A stretch of DNA of 32,000 nucleotides from Mycobacterium leprae TN (GTDB lineage Bacteria > Actinomycetota > Actinomycetes > Mycobacteriales > Mycobacteriaceae). The stretch lies in the NCBI RefSeq assembly GCF_000195855.1, contig NC_002677.1, positions 1,200,001 through 1,232,000 of the forward strand, written 5' to 3'. Positions 1-10,647 of the stretch are shown here, piece after piece. The position numbers and the translations under genes are program-made. The notes under the pieces were generated by a model. The model was not told where the DNA came from, did no database searches, and saw nothing but the letters and a program-made list of their open reading frames with translations. Within the stretch, counting starts at the first letter, position 1. Each line of letters begins with the position of its first letter.

Positions 1-526
1 GGATTAGGAAGTCGTTGAAAGAGAATCCTGCTCGACTGGCGATGATGATGTTGGGCGGGTCGCCGACCAACGTCGCTGCGCCGCCGATGTTGGAGGCGAA
101 GACTTCGGCCATCAGAAATGGTGCCGCATTGATTGTCAGGCGCTCGCACACCAACAGCGTGACCGGAGCAATCAAAAGCACCGTGGTGACGTTGTCCAGT
201 AAGGCCGACCCGAGCGCCATCACTAGCACCAGTAGGAGCAGGATGCGCAGCGGGGAACCATGTGAGCGTTTGGCGGTCCAGATTGCGACGTATTCGAACA
301 CACCGGTTTGGCGTAGCACACTGACGATGATCATCATGCTTAACAGCAAAAAGATGACTTCCCAATCGATTCCGGTTTCATGGGAGTAGAAGACGTCTTC
401 GGAATTGATAATGGGCAAAGTGACCACGATCGCCGCGCCCGTCAGGGCCGCCAGCGTCTTGTTGACCCGATCGCTGGCGATTAGTGCATAGGTGACGATG
501 AACACGGTGATCGCAATGACACTCAT
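1..526 (-). CDS. ArsB/NhaD-superfamily anion permease, N-terminal part (gene continues past window start)
   Basis: The minus-strand frame is open from the ATG (reverse complement of cat at 524-526) to the window edge. My translation [35 protein letters not shown]...[17 protein letters not shown]...[16 protein letters not shown] is multi-TM and resembles Rv2684-type permeases. The + strand ORF 15..389 is its antisense shadow. Confidence 0.75.
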   Translation of the reverse strand, partial: MSVIAITVFIVTYALIASDRVNKTLAALTGAAIVVTLPIINSEDVFYSHETGIDWEVIFLLLSMMIIVSVLRQTGVFEYVAIWTAKRSHGSPLRILLLLVLVMALGSALLDNVTTVLLIAPVTLLVCERLTINAAPFLMAEVFASNIGGAATLVGDPPNIIIASRAGFSFNDFLI

Positions 527-578
527 CTAGCTTCCTGCGCTGCTGTCAGCCGGTGACTTGTCACTGCATCGGTCGGGA

Positions 579-1022
579 TCAATGTTTCAGGGCCGCTCTT
601 AGAAGGCGCGATGCTGTGATCACACCGAGCAGTTGTCCGCCTTTGACCACAGCGAGTAGAGGACTTCGCTGCCGTGACATGGTGGCGGCCACTTCGATGA
701 TGGTATCGTCGGCGTTGACTGGGGAAACGTTGACAAGGTGGTCCGGTAAAACATCGCGGACTTTCTTGCTGCTCAACTTTTCCGCCGCCTGGTCGGCCGT
801 CGACTCGTTGAGCACGCCAGCCAGCGAGGGATCATCCTGGATATACCGGGGCACAATGAATCGCACCACCTGGGATGCGGGCAGCACTGCGTAGGGCTTG
901 TCAGACATATCGGTGACCAAGAGTCCAGGCAGGCCGTGCTCCGCAAGCATACGAGCAGCGTCCAGTGCGCTCGAATTGATGCTGATTGCCGGGAAGTCTT
1001 CGGCGATGTCCTCGGCGAGCAT
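579..1022 (-). CDS. CBS-domain pair protein (Rv2683-like)
   Basis: Lies within track ORF 579..1133(-). The start is placed at the internal Met ([18 protein letters not shown]...; cat at 1020-1022), giving 147 aa with two CBS-like segments (...GLPGLLVTD..., ...[22 protein letters not shown]). It sits 52 bp upstream of the permease gene on the same strand. Confidence 0.75.
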   Translation of the reverse strand: MLAEDIAEDFPAISINSSALDAARMLAEHGLPGLLVTDMSDKPYAVLPASQVVRFIVPRYIQDDPSLAGVLNESTADQAAEKLSSKKVRDVLPDHLVNVSPVNADDTIIEVAATMSRQRSPLLAVVKGGQLLGVITASRLLRAALKH

Positions 1023-1202
1023 GCTATGACGATACGTCTGTGTGGTTCGTGGAGTGTGGGCGACATCGAGGCGAACTATATGATGTATTCCAGGATTGCA
1101 GGACACTGCTGTCGACCAGTATTCGTGACTCACCGCAGACTGACGCTACCAAAGCGGTGGCTCGGTTATCCGTTTGGTGCCCCCACCCTTGCGTTACCTG
1201 AG

Positions 1203-1215
1203 TACAATAACGGAA
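1203..1215 (+). promoter_or_regulatory. Candidate -10 hexamer TACAAT placed for a leaderless dxs mRNA
   Basis: TACAAT lies at 1203-1208, and its last T is 7 nt before the A of the dxs ATG (1215). No convincing Shine-Dalgarno is present in 1209-1214 (aacgga). This spacing is typical of mycobacterial leaderless transcripts. Confidence 0.35.
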
Positions 1216-3146
1216 TGCTGGAACAGATCCGCAGGCCCGCTGATCTGCAGCATCTTTCTCAGCAGCAGCTACGGGATCTGGCTGCCGAGATCCGTGAGCT
1301 CCTCGTTCACAAGGTGGCGGCCACCGGGGGACACTTGGGGCCGAACCTGGGTGTTGTCGAACTCACGCTGGCGTTGCACCGAGTGTTCGACTCACCGCAT
1401 GATCCGATTATCTTCGACACCGGTCACCAGGCGTACGTCCACAAAATGTTGACGGGACGCTGTCAGGACTTCGACAGTCTGCGTAAAAAGGCCGGGTTGT
1501 CGGGGTACCCGTCTCGCGCCGAGAGCGAACACGACTGGGTGGAGTCCAGCCACGCCAGCACGGCGTTATCGTACGCCGACGGTCTGGCTAAGGCATTCGA
1601 GCTGGCCGGAAACCGCAACCGACACGTAGTCGCGGTGGTTGGGGACGGCGCGCTTACCGGTGGTATGTGCTGGGAGGCGCTTAACAATATCGCAGCAACA
1701 CCGCGTCCGGTGGTCATCGTAGTCAATGACAATGGTCGCAGTTACGCGCCCACGATTGGCGGTGTAGCCGATCACCTCGCCACGCTGCGGCTGCAGCCGG
1801 CCTACGAGCGGCTACTTGAGAAGGGGCGTGATGCACTTCACTCTTTGCCGCTGATAGGCCAGATCGCTTACCGTTTCATGCACAGTGTCAAAGCCGGTAT
1901 CAAGGATTCCCTATCGCCGCAGCTGCTGTTCACCGATCTCGGGCTAAAGTATGTTGGCCCGGTTGATGGTCACGATGAACATGCGGTAGAGGTCGCGTTG
2001 CGTAAGGCCCGCGGCTTCGGTGGCCCGGTGATCGTGCACGTCGTCACCCGCAAGGGTATGGGCTATCCCCCGGCCGAAGCCGATCAAGCCGAACAGATGC
2101 ACACCTGCGGCGTGATGGACCCGACGACCGGGCAACCCACCAAGATTGCTGCTCCTGACTGGACGGCGATCTTTTCCGATGCCCTCATCGGTTATGCTAT
2201 GAAGCGACGTGACATTGTGGCTATTACCGCGGCTATGCCGGGCCCTACCGGTCTAACAGCGTTCGGTCAGTGTTTTCCGGATCGGTTGTTCGATGTCGGG
2301 ATCGCTGAGCAACACGCGATGACGTCGGCGGCCGGGTTGGCTATGGGCAGGATGCACCCGGTGGTGGCGATCTATTCGACATTTCTCAACCGGGCGTTCG
2401 ACCAGATCATGATGGACGTGGCGCTACACAAGTTGCCTGTTACCATGGTGATTGACCGGGCTGGCATTACCGGTTCGGACGGCCCCAGTCATAACGGCAT
2501 GTGGGATTTGTCGATGCTAGGCATCGTACCGGGGATGCGAGTGGCCGCGCCTCGAGACGCCATTCGGTTGCGCGAAGAACTCGGTGAGGCGCTTGACGTC
2601 GACGACGGTCCGACGGCGATACGATTCCCCAAAGGAGATGTGTGTGAAGATATTCCGGCTTTGAAGCGCCGATCGGGCGTGGACGTACTCGCGGTGCCGG
2701 CTACGGGGTTGGCCCAGGACGTGCTGCTGGTGGGGGTCGGCGTTTTTGCGTCGATGGCGTTGGCGGTGGCCAAGCGGCTGCACAACCAGGGAATCGGCGT
2801 AACAGTGATTGACCCACGTTGGGTGTTGCCGGTGTGCGACGGTGTTCTCGAACTGGCGCATACCCACAAACTGATCGTCACGCTGGAGGACAACGGGGTC
2901 AATGGCGGTGTAGGCGCAGCCGTATCTACCGCGCTGCGTCAAGTGGAGATTGACACACCTTGCCGCGATGTTGGATTGCCGCAGGAGTTCTACGATCATG
3001 CTTCGCGGAGTGAGGTGTTGGCCGATTTGGGGCTGACCGACCAAGACGTCGCCCGTCGGATCACCGGCTGGGTTGTTGCATTCGGCCATTGCGGTTCCGG
3101 TGACGATGCAGGTCAGTACGGTCCGCGGAGCAGCCAAACCATGTAG
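1215..3146 (+). CDS. dxs: 1-deoxy-D-xylulose-5-phosphate synthase
   Basis: Track ORF 936..3146. The homologous N-terminus starts at [30 protein letters not shown] (ATG 1215, in frame). A thiamine-diphosphate motif [16 protein letters not shown] and transketolase-like domains run throughout; 643 aa. Confidence 0.95.
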   Translation: MLEQIRRPADLQHLSQQQLRDLAAEIRELLVHKVAATGGHLGPNLGVVELTLALHRVFDSPHDPIIFDTGHQAYVHKMLTGRCQDFDSLRKKAGLSGYPSRAESEHDWVESSHASTALSYADGLAKAFELAGNRNRHVVAVVGDGALTGGMCWEALNNIAATPRPVVIVVNDNGRSYAPTIGGVADHLATLRLQPAYERLLEKGRDALHSLPLIGQIAYRFMHSVKAGIKDSLSPQLLFTDLGLKYVGPVDGHDEHAVEVALRKARGFGGPVIVHVVTRKGMGYPPAEADQAEQMHTCGVMDPTTGQPTKIAAPDWTAIFSDALIGYAMKRRDIVAITAAMPGPTGLTAFGQCFPDRLFDVGIAEQHAMTSAAGLAMGRMHPVVAIYSTFLNRAFDQIMMDVALHKLPVTMVIDRAGITGSDGPSHNGMWDLSMLGIVPGMRVAAPRDAIRLREELGEALDVDDGPTAIRFPKGDVCEDIPALKRRSGVDVLAVPATGLAQDVLLVGVGVFASMALAVAKRLHNQGIGVTVIDPRWVLPVCDGVLELAHTHKLIVTLEDNGVNGGVGAAVSTALRQVEIDTPCRDVGLPQEFYDHASRSEVLADLGLTDQDVARRITGWVVAFGHCGSGDDAGQYGPRSSQTM

Positions 3147-3158
3147 CTTGGGCCTGGC

Positions 3159-3174
3159 GACGATCCGGATCGTC
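3159..3174 (+). terminator. Weak hairpin after the dxs stop
   Basis: The 16-nt palindrome gacgatccggatcgtc starts 13 nt after the dxs stop. A T-run (cattttcg) follows only after 7 nt, so this is a weak call. Confidence 0.3.
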
Positions 3175-3179
3175 AGATT

Positions 3180-4880
3180 CATTTTCGTATCAAAACTATT
3201 GACGTAAGAATACACTATTTCCCACTGGATCCGCGCAATGTGGGCTTTCCTTCAGTGCGGAATTATCGTTACGGTCTTTCGCAGAAGACCGTGCTCCTGT
3301 TAGGTTGCTGGAATACCGGTACGAGTGCTAATTCCCGATGACCTTGAAAGCGCGAGATTAGCGATGTGTGCAGGACCGTGCTATCCGCTGATAATTTGGC
3401 GCCAGACCAATGTTGAGTGCGACCTGAACATTAGTTCCTGGGGGAGATAGGTGAAGGTTTCTGAGTCGGATTTATTTGTCGCTGGATTTACCACTCGTCT
3501 TTCCGTATGGCGACATGCACTGTGTCACCTGAAAGAGAGAGCACATGAAAACCGTCAAAGTCAGCCAAAACTCACGTTGTTATTGCCGGGGATGGGATCT
3601 CTGTTATGACTGTGGCTATGATTCTTACCTGAGTCGGCGTGCGGATCACGTTATGCTAAGCAGCACCTGAAGCCAGAGGTAAGGTCGAGAATCTGCGCCG
3701 CCAAGACGATAACCCGATCGAGCACAGTTTGCAAATGTATTGGTTCTATTACCAAACCCTGCTAAAGTTACTCTCAACTCATAACCACGGATAACGGCAT
3801 GACCGTGCTCGCCAATCTGGTTGGCGTGAGTGTAGCCGTGTTTTTTTACGGGCACCTCATCATTGATCGGCATTCACGCGGAAGGTGCGTAAGGTATTCG
3901 AACCACTTCAACCACTGGGGCTGGATCGCATTGCGCAGAACAGTGCTCATTGTCGGTCTGGACTACCAAGGAGTGGTGTCCCCTACGGGTCATCCCAATT
4001 TTGATGCTCAATATGTACCTGTTGTGGATGTGCTGCGAGTGACTCGTTGCGGAGCTGAGCACCATTTCATATGCAGACTATATGCAACTGAATCGCTAGT
4101 CCCCCAGGTGAAGAAGTTTTTTCCGAGTTGCCGAACATTTTCTTTGCGGCGTGTCCGGACGCACCAGCAGCGATTGCAGGCCGGGTTCTTAATGAGCTGT
4201 TTAATTTTACGAGTCGACCAACGTACCTAAACTAGGTAACGCCGCCTTCCAGTTATGATTATTTATGGGGACCGACGAACGCATAATCGAGCCTTGTATT
4301 CATCACTAATACTCATGTCAAAATAAATTTTGACATGAGTATTAGTGATGTCGAGTTCGAGAATGGTCGGATAACCGGATTGCTATCGGCCTATGGCTGC
4401 ATTTTTAGTTGCGACTATGCCATTATCTCCTTGCTTTATCTGACATTGCTCTAAATGGTCACATCAGATCACGTAAAGCAAAATTTACTCACCTAACGCA
4501 CTGGCATACAATTGCAATAGATTCATCGAGCGGGATCCAGTTTTTCTACGTGAGATCCTGGCAACATGGTAGTCATTTATTCGTCCCGGAGTCTTTACTG
4601 TGTGTTTGGACAGTGAGTAGTTCCACGGTCTCTGTGGTTCGGGGCGCGGGCTTCTGGAGAAATGTTCGCTTGCCGTAGGGAAGTAAAGTACTTTTTATCG
4701 ATAGCCTGGAGTGATTGTATAGGTCTGGTTGGGGTATTTATCGACCGGTAAGCGAATGCACACTAGATGAGATCTTGACTGAGTGCTTGGCGCAGTGCGA
4801 CTTCGATGATCGGTCGCAGATTCGGGCTGAAAGAACGATTACAAGCTGATGCAGGTTAAGCGAGGTCGACTACAAAACGT
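3180..4880. other. Low-GC, ORF-poor orphan island (possible decayed foreign DNA)
   Basis: Hand counts of 60-nt lines give about 37-48% GC (lines 3181, 3721, 4261, 4321, 4441, 4681), against about 63% in dxs (line 2041). The longest ORF is 143 aa with no recognisable product. Boundaries are approximate. Confidence 0.6.
4301..4350. repeat. Perfect 24-bp inverted repeat with a 2-nt spacer
   Basis: catcactaatactcatgtcaaaat (4301-4324), aa, attttgacatgagtattagtgatg (4327-4350). The arms are exact reverse complements. Each arm contains TTGACA. Confidence 0.95.
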
Positions 4881-5246
4881 TGGTGGGCGATCTACCGCCG
4901 CGTCTTGCCTTGGCTCCTGCGTGTGGTATGCGCATGGTCAATCTATTCGCCATACCGATGCCGGGTGCTCACCATCGATCGCGTCGTATTCGCACAGAAG
5001 TGCCTAACCTCATATTTTTGCCGATAAAGTGGGCCTATTCACCGGAGCTGATTTTGTTTGTTCTCACCATGCAGACGGCGGCATGCTCCGGCTATTTGGC
5101 CGCCAGCCAGGCGTTCAACGTTGCAGCTCTGCACGCTGTGTCTGACTTGCAATGGACTTGCGAGATCCTGTCCCATTTGTTGTGCTGCGGCTGTGAGGAT
5201 CGATGTGGTGGTGGAAACGCCACCGTACGACGCTCACACATGAGCG

Positions 5247-6536
5247 TTAGCCAGCCGACGACTTCACCGCCGAGGCCAGAATGGTCACCACGAGTTCTCG
5301 CTGCCACGCTCGCGCTTGGCCGACACGCAAATATTCCTCGACTGCATTGACCGGGTCGACCGAGCTTTCCGGCAGAACCTCCCAGTCCCAGCACAGTCGT
5401 CGCACCAGTTCAGGCGAGACGAGATTTTCCGTCGGTACCCCAACCCGCTGCGACACCGTCGCCAGTGCCGCTCTGGCCGCCTCCAGCCGTGCAGCGGCAT
5501 CTGGTTTGCGCCGGGCCCACCGCCCGGGCGGTGGTGGCACGTTGGACGGCTCGGCTTCGTCCGGTAGGTCTTGGCTCTGTCGTGCCGTTTCCAGCGCTGC
5601 CAACCACATCGCAGCGCTGCGACGCTGATTGGCCCCGCCGAAAACCGGCATTGCGATCAGCTCGTCGATCGTCTTGGGGTCGGCTATGGCTGCGTCGATG
5701 ATGGCGGTATCAGGCAGGATGCGACGTGGTGCGATATCGCGACGTTGGGCAATGTGGTCGCGCGTTGCCCACAATTCGCGAACGGCGGCCAGGGCTCGCC
5801 GGTCGCGCACCCGACGGATGCCTGACGTGCGTCGCCAGCGGTCCCGACGGGTGGGTGGGATAGTCTCGGTGGTGGCCCCCCTAGTTGCATAGGTCCGCAG
5901 GTAGTTGAATTCCTGCGTTGCCCAATCAGTTTTGTCTTGCTCGGCCAGCACCTTCGAGATTGCCGTGCGCAGTTCGATCAGCAGCTCCACGTCTAGAGCC
6001 GCATAGTTGAGCCAGTCCGAAGGCAGCGGGCGTTTCGACCAATCGGCAGCACCGTGGCCTTTGGCCAACTCGAAACCCAGCAGCCGCTGAACCATTGTTG
6101 CGAGGTTCACCCTGTCAAATCCGGCCAGGCGTCCGGCAAGTTCGGTGTCATACAACGCTGGCGGCCGCATGCCGACTTCGGCCAGACACGGCAGATCCTG
6201 ATCAGCCGAATGCAGGATCCATTCGTCTTTGCTGATCACCTCGGCGACGGGTCGCAGCGCGGTCAGCGGATCATTGCCGTGGCTGACCGGGTCGATGAGG
6301 ACGGTGCCGGCGTTCGCTCGTCGGATCTGAATCAGGTAAGCCCTGTTGGAATAGCGAAAACCCGACGCCCGCTCGGTGTCTACCGCAAACGGGCCGTACC
6401 CTTGGTCCAGGCGTTCTGCGGCCGCCGCGATCTCGCTCGGGGTTACGGATAGGTTCGGTATCCCGCCGGCCGGGTAGTGCAGCGGGGTGGGGTCGGGTTC
6501 GGTGCCGCCCGGCTGATCGTCCGCCGGTTCGCGCAT
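5247..6536 (-). CDS. rnd: Ribonuclease D (DEDD 3'-5' exonuclease with HRDC-like C-terminus)
   Basis: 429-aa ORF with an ExoI-type motif FAVDTERASGFRY, followed by HSADQDL and YAALDVELL. Collinear with Rv2681. Confidence 0.9.
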   Translation of the reverse strand: MREPADDQPGGTEPDPTPLHYPAGGIPNLSVTPSEIAAAAERLDQGYGPFAVDTERASGFRYSNRAYLIQIRRANAGTVLIDPVSHGNDPLTALRPVAEVISKDEWILHSADQDLPCLAEVGMRPPALYDTELAGRLAGFDRVNLATMVQRLLGFELAKGHGAADWSKRPLPSDWLNYAALDVELLIELRTAISKVLAEQDKTDWATQEFNYLRTYATRGATTETIPPTRRDRWRRTSGIRRVRDRRALAAVRELWATRDHIAQRRDIAPRRILPDTAIIDAAIADPKTIDELIAMPVFGGANQRRSAAMWLAALETARQSQDLPDEAEPSNVPPPPGRWARRKPDAAARLEAARAALATVSQRVGVPTENLVSPELVRRLCWDWEVLPESSVDPVNAVEEYLRVGQARAWQRELVVTILASAVKSSAG

Positions 6537-6537
6537 A

Positions 6538-7128
6538 TCAGGAGCGTGAGCGCGAGCCCAGGTCGATAACTCCGGCCGGCGGCAGTCCTGCGGCGTGTTC
6601 CAGCACCTCGCAGAATGCTTTGACGTGGACGCCGACCTCGGGGGTGGTTGCCGTCCACGAGGCCCGTAGCTCTAGCTGATGGGCGCGTGGTGGTCCGGAG
6701 ATGTCGCCGTAACGTACTGACGTGGTGGCGGTGACGGTGCCGCCCAGCGCGGTGACATGATCTATGCGTGATTCCAGTGCCTCAATCAGCCAGCTCCACG
6801 CCACTTCAGGCAGTAGCGGGTCAATGGCTTCACGCGAGTCCAGGTCAGACTGGATATAGGCGACCAACCGGATGGTGCCGTCCCAAGCGTCGGAACCGTC
6901 GGGATCATATAAGAGAATCAGTCGGCCGAACGCGTTGTCCTCAGATTGCTCGGGGACGATGTCGAGTTCGGGATGCTTGACCTGAGCTCCCAGTGCGTAG
7001 CTGTATGGCGCGAGCCGCTGCGGCGGTCGAATGGGACCGAGTTCAATTTCCGGCCGTACAGTAAAAGCGTTCATTGCCGCGACTGCCTCGCGGAAGGGAG
7101 TCGGTTCGGCTGCGGTCACGGGCGCCAC
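6538..7128 (-). CDS. Conserved hypothetical protein (DUF3000, Rv2680-like)
   Basis: 196-aa ORF. Its stop lies 1 nt from the rnd start codon, which implies an operon. The sequence resembles the actinobacterial DUF3000 family. Confidence 0.8.
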   Translation of the reverse strand: MAPVTAAEPTPFREAVAAMNAFTVRPEIELGPIRPPQRLAPYSYALGAQVKHPELDIVPEQSEDNAFGRLILLYDPDGSDAWDGTIRLVAYIQSDLDSREAIDPLLPEVAWSWLIEALESRIDHVTALGGTVTATTSVRYGDISGPPRAHQLELRASWTATTPEVGVHVKAFCEVLEHAAGLPPAGVIDLGSRSRS

Positions 7129-7243
7129 TCCTCCTCATCGCTTAGCTCCGCATCGTAGCCGGCGCGGATCACGAAGGTCGACGGTAGCCCCATCTGCCCA
7201 CACGCCGTGACAGGCGCGCCGTGTCGTGGTGTTCGAGCTGGTG

Positions 7244-8115
7244 TCAGCCTCTCCGGGCACTACCGAAATGCCTCCAGGGGTATTTGGTGTTGGCAACAAA
7301 TAGCGTTAGGAGCTTTCGCCGGTGCACCACGAGCCCTTCGGCGACGTTGGAGCCGCTGAACCTGATGCGTTCTAGGTCGAGCAATGTTTCGAAGGCCGGA
7401 TCGAATATGCGGTACCAGTAATTCAGGCTGTATTTGGTCCACGCGGATCGTGTTTTGCTCCTCCCTGCGTACGGTTCTCGGCGAGATGGACGGGTGGTCG
7501 GGAGTATCTCAGTTATCGTCGACGCAGGTTGAGACCAGGCCGATACGTTCGGCTTCCTCCTCGAAGAGTGACTCACTGGTGAGCAGGTAGTATTGATATT
7601 TTAATCTCAGCTATGCCGACCAGCAGCGGACAGCAAATTGCAGCATGGTCACGGGCCGCCACCCGAGTTCGGTGTGCCCATCGATGATTTTCGCGGTTTA
7701 GTCTGCCACCTGAGATGTTGGCAAGCAGCGCAATCACCAGACCTGCACCCACGGCTGGGCCTCGAATCGGCCGACACCACCGGCTGGACGAAGTTGGCCA
7801 GATTGAGCACCAGATCACGGTCTTCGCGCAAAATGCGAACCTGGCCTTCGTAGTCGTCGATGGTTTCTGCGGTCAGGTCTAAGCTACTGCCCGAAGAAAA
7901 CGCTGTGCCTTCACTGCGGACCAGGACGATGCCGCACGGCGGGGTTGTGATTGATCACCGGCCAGATTTCGGTGAGGTTTCGGTGCATTTGCGGTCCCAC
8001 AGAATTCAGCTCAGACGCGTTAAGAATCAGGTTCAACACGCTTTCTTGGCCAGGATTGTCGCTGAGTGTGCAGCGAAGGAATAGAAAACTCGTCGTAATT
8101 GCCTGGTTTCGACAT
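7244..8115 (-). pseudogene. echH: Enoyl-CoA hydratase pseudogene (echH, Rv2679-like)
   Basis: The minus-strand translation follows EchH across at least three frames with stops: [11 protein letters not shown]...; ...[18 protein letters not shown]... (ORF 7573..7818); ...WTKYSLNYWYRIFDPAFETLLDLERIRFSGSNVAEGLVVHRRK (ORF 7244..7576). Confidence 0.8.
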
Positions 8116-8216
8116 TTCTGGGCGCTCCTGCATGGTCATTGATGTTACGCAGCGACGTCGGATATGCGAGACCGATCGTTAGGGGCTCGACCGGTCCCGT
8201 GGCAGTATTGAGATCG

Positions 8217-9290
8217 ATGAGTACCCGTCGCGAGCTTCTCGAATCGCCGTATCTGGCCGCGGTCAGTGGACGCAAACCCTGCCGGGTTCCGGTGTGGTTT
8301 ATGCGGCAAGCCGGCCGCTCGTTGCCTGAATACCGGGCGCTGCGCGAGCGATACAGCATGTTGGCGGCGTGCTTCGAGCCCGAAGTGGCCTGTGAAATCA
8401 CTCTGCAGCCGTTACGTCGTTACGACGTTGATGCCGCGATCTTGTTCTCAGACATCGTGGTGCCGCTGTGCGCGGCAGGAATCGATCTGGATATTGTGCC
8501 AGATGTCGGTCCAGTGATCGGGGACCCGGTCCGGACTGCCACCGATATCCACGCTATGAAACCCCTTGAACCACAAGCGATTCAGCCTATTTTTCAGGCT
8601 ATTTCGTTGCTGGTCGCAGCACTGGGTGATGTTCCGCTGATCGGTTTCGCCGGTGCGCCGTTTACGCTGGCGTCCTACCTGGTCGAAGGCGGTCCTAGTC
8701 GTAATCATCCCCGCACTAAGGCCATGATGCTGGCCGAACCTGCGAGCTGGCATACGCTGATGGATAAGCTGACCGATCTGACTCTTGGATTTTTGCTTGG
8801 TCAAATCGACGCCGGAGTTGATGCCATCCAGGTATTCGACTCGTGGGCGGGAACGCTGTCCCTGTCCGATTACCGCCAGTACGTGTTGCCACATAGCGCC
8901 CGGATTTTTGCCACGGTGGCCGAACACGGGGTGCCGATGACGCACTTCGGGGTTGGCACCGCCGACCTGCTGGGTGCGATGTCAGCGGCTGTGCGGTCAG
9001 GCGAAAAGCCTGGGCACCAGGCCGTCGTCGGCGTGGATTGGCGAACCTCGTTGACCGATGCTGCTGCCCGAGTGGAACCCTGTACCGCGCTGCAGGGCAA
9101 CCTCGACCCGGTGGTGCTGTTAGCGGGCTGGCCGGCTGTCGAACGTGTCGCACGGACTGTCGTCGACGACGGGCGCCGTGCCGTCGTGGCCGGCGCGGCT
9201 GGCCACGTTTTCAATCTCGGCCATGGAGTGTTGCCGGAGACCGATCCCGGCGTGCTGAGCGAATTAGTATCGTTCATCCACTCGCTATGA
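8217..9290 (+). CDS. hemE: Uroporphyrinogen decarboxylase
   Basis: Track ORF 8139..9290. The homologous start is [43 protein letters not shown] (ATG 8217), which carries the URO-D signature; 357 aa. Confidence 0.95.
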   Translation: MSTRRELLESPYLAAVSGRKPCRVPVWFMRQAGRSLPEYRALRERYSMLAACFEPEVACEITLQPLRRYDVDAAILFSDIVVPLCAAGIDLDIVPDVGPVIGDPVRTATDIHAMKPLEPQAIQPIFQAISLLVAALGDVPLIGFAGAPFTLASYLVEGGPSRNHPRTKAMMLAEPASWHTLMDKLTDLTLGFLLGQIDAGVDAIQVFDSWAGTLSLSDYRQYVLPHSARIFATVAEHGVPMTHFGVGTADLLGAMSAAVRSGEKPGHQAVVGVDWRTSLTDAAARVEPCTALQGNLDPVVLLAGWPAVERVARTVVDDGRRAVVAGAAGHVFNLGHGVLPETDPGVLSELVSFIHSL

Positions 9291-10642
9291 CATCCCGCTC
9301 GTATTGTGTTGTGGGTGGCGGAATCTCGGGACTTACGGCGGCATATCGGTTAAGGGTGGCTACGGGTGACGATGTTGCTATCACTTTGTTCGATCCTGGT
9401 GACCGACTCGGCGGGGTGTTGCGCACCGAGTGCGTAGGCGGACAGCCGATGGACTTGGGCGCCGAGGCATTCTTGCTGCGCCGTCCCGAGGTGCCGGCGT
9501 TGCTGGCCGAGTTGGGTTTGTCAGAGCGCCAACGCGCCACCACCGATGCCCGACCATTGATCTACAGCCAGCAACGGCTGCATTCGTTGCCACCGGACAC
9601 CGTCGCCGGCATTCCGTCCTCGGCGACGTCGGTGGCCGGCTTGGTCGACGACGCCACAGTTGCGCGTATCGGCGCCGAAGCTGTCCGTCCGCTGAGCTGG
9701 GAACCCGGCAGCGATCCCGCGATGGCCGAATTAGTGGCCGACCGGTTCGGCGAGCAGGCCGTGGCCCGGTTGGTGGACCCGCTGTTGGGCGGCGTCTATG
9801 CTGGCTCGGCAGCGACGATCGGGCTGCGCGCGGGCGCCCCGAGTGTGGCGGCTGCCCTCGACTGCGGGGCCACCAGTTTGATGGAGGCGGTTCGACAGGG
9901 GTTGCCGCCGGTAGCGGCCGGGCCGGTTTTTGGAGCGCTAGACGGCGGCTACCAGGTGCTGATCGACGAGCTCGTCCGCCGCAGCCGACTGCAGTGGGTA
10001 GCTGCCACCGTGGTAGGGCTCGATCGTGGGACTTGCGGTTGGACGCTAGTGGACGACACCGGTGCTTGCTGGTCCGCCGACGGGGTTATCCTGGCCGTTC
10101 CCGCCCCACGGCTCGTGCGCCTGTTGCAGCAGATCGCCCCCCGAACAGTCGCCGCCGCAAGCCGGATCGTGAGTGCCTCGTCGGCGGTGGTGGCACTGTC
10201 GGTGCCCCGGGACACCACATTCCCGCAGAATTCCGGTGTGTTGGTGGCTAGCGGCGAGCGGCTGCGAGCTAAAGCGGTCACGTTGTCCTCACGAAAGTGG
10301 GGGCTTCAAGGGGACACACAGTTGGTGCGGCTTTCGTTCGGGAAGTTTGGTGATCAGGTGGCCTCGACTGCCTCGGACGATGAGCTGCTGGCTTGGGCGG
10401 TGTCCGACCTGGCCGCGGTATTCGATGTGACCGTCGACCCCGTCGATGTATGCGTGCAGCGGTGGATCGACGCAATGCCGCAGTATGGCCCCGGTCACGC
10501 CGATCTGGTCGCCGAGGTGCGCGCCGGCTTGCCGCCGACGCTGGTCGTGGCTGGCAGCCATATGGACGGTATTGGTGTGCCTGCGTGTATCAGCGCTGCC
10601 GGGCGCGCGATCGAGGCCCTCCAAGCGGAAGTGGCACGATAA
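9287..10642 (+). CDS. hemY: Protoporphyrinogen/coproporphyrinogen III oxidase (HemY/CgoX type, FAD)
   Basis: The start [22 protein letters not shown] carries the FAD dinucleotide-binding motif. ATG 9287 overlaps the hemE stop (ATGA). 451 aa, within track ORF 9038..10642. Confidence 0.92.
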   Translation: MTSRSYCVVGGGISGLTAAYRLRVATGDDVAITLFDPGDRLGGVLRTECVGGQPMDLGAEAFLLRRPEVPALLAELGLSERQRATTDARPLIYSQQRLHSLPPDTVAGIPSSATSVAGLVDDATVARIGAEAVRPLSWEPGSDPAMAELVADRFGEQAVARLVDPLLGGVYAGSAATIGLRAGAPSVAAALDCGATSLMEAVRQGLPPVAAGPVFGALDGGYQVLIDELVRRSRLQWVAATVVGLDRGTCGWTLVDDTGACWSADGVILAVPAPRLVRLLQQIAPRTVAAASRIVSASSAVVALSVPRDTTFPQNSGVLVASGERLRAKAVTLSSRKWGLQGDTQLVRLSFGKFGDQVASTASDDELLAWAVSDLAAVFDVTVDPVDVCVQRWIDAMPQYGPGHADLVAEVRAGLPPTLVVAGSHMDGIGVPACISAAGRAIEALQAEVAR

Positions 10643-10647
10643 GTTTC

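Noticed and set aside
15-389. 124-aa + strand ORF at the window start
   Set aside because: It is antisense to a much better minus-strand membrane-permease frame that is open to the window edge. This is a typical GC-rich shadow ORF.
936-1214. 93-codon N-terminal extension of the dxs ORF
   Set aside because: Homology to Dxs begins at MLEQIRR (1215). The extension overlaps the divergent CBS gene and has no Dxs-like sequence.
3545-3670. 41-codon Cys-rich small ORF (MKTVKVSQNSRCYCRGWDLCYDCGYDSYLSRRADHVMLSST)
   Set aside because: The RBS is only weak (gaaagagag) and there is no conservation evidence. It lies in a region that otherwise looks decayed, which is insufficient to call a gene.
4880-5350. 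156-aa + strand ORF at the right edge of the low-GC island
   Set aside because: It has no homology I can recognise, and its 3' third overlaps the rnd coding region on the opposite strand. It is probably spurious, though its 5' part may belong to a decayed gene.
9430-10251. 273-aa Arg/Gly-rich + strand ORF
   Set aside because: It is an alternative frame inside hemY. The composition (runs of R, G, A) is the usual off-frame artefact of high-GC coding DNA.
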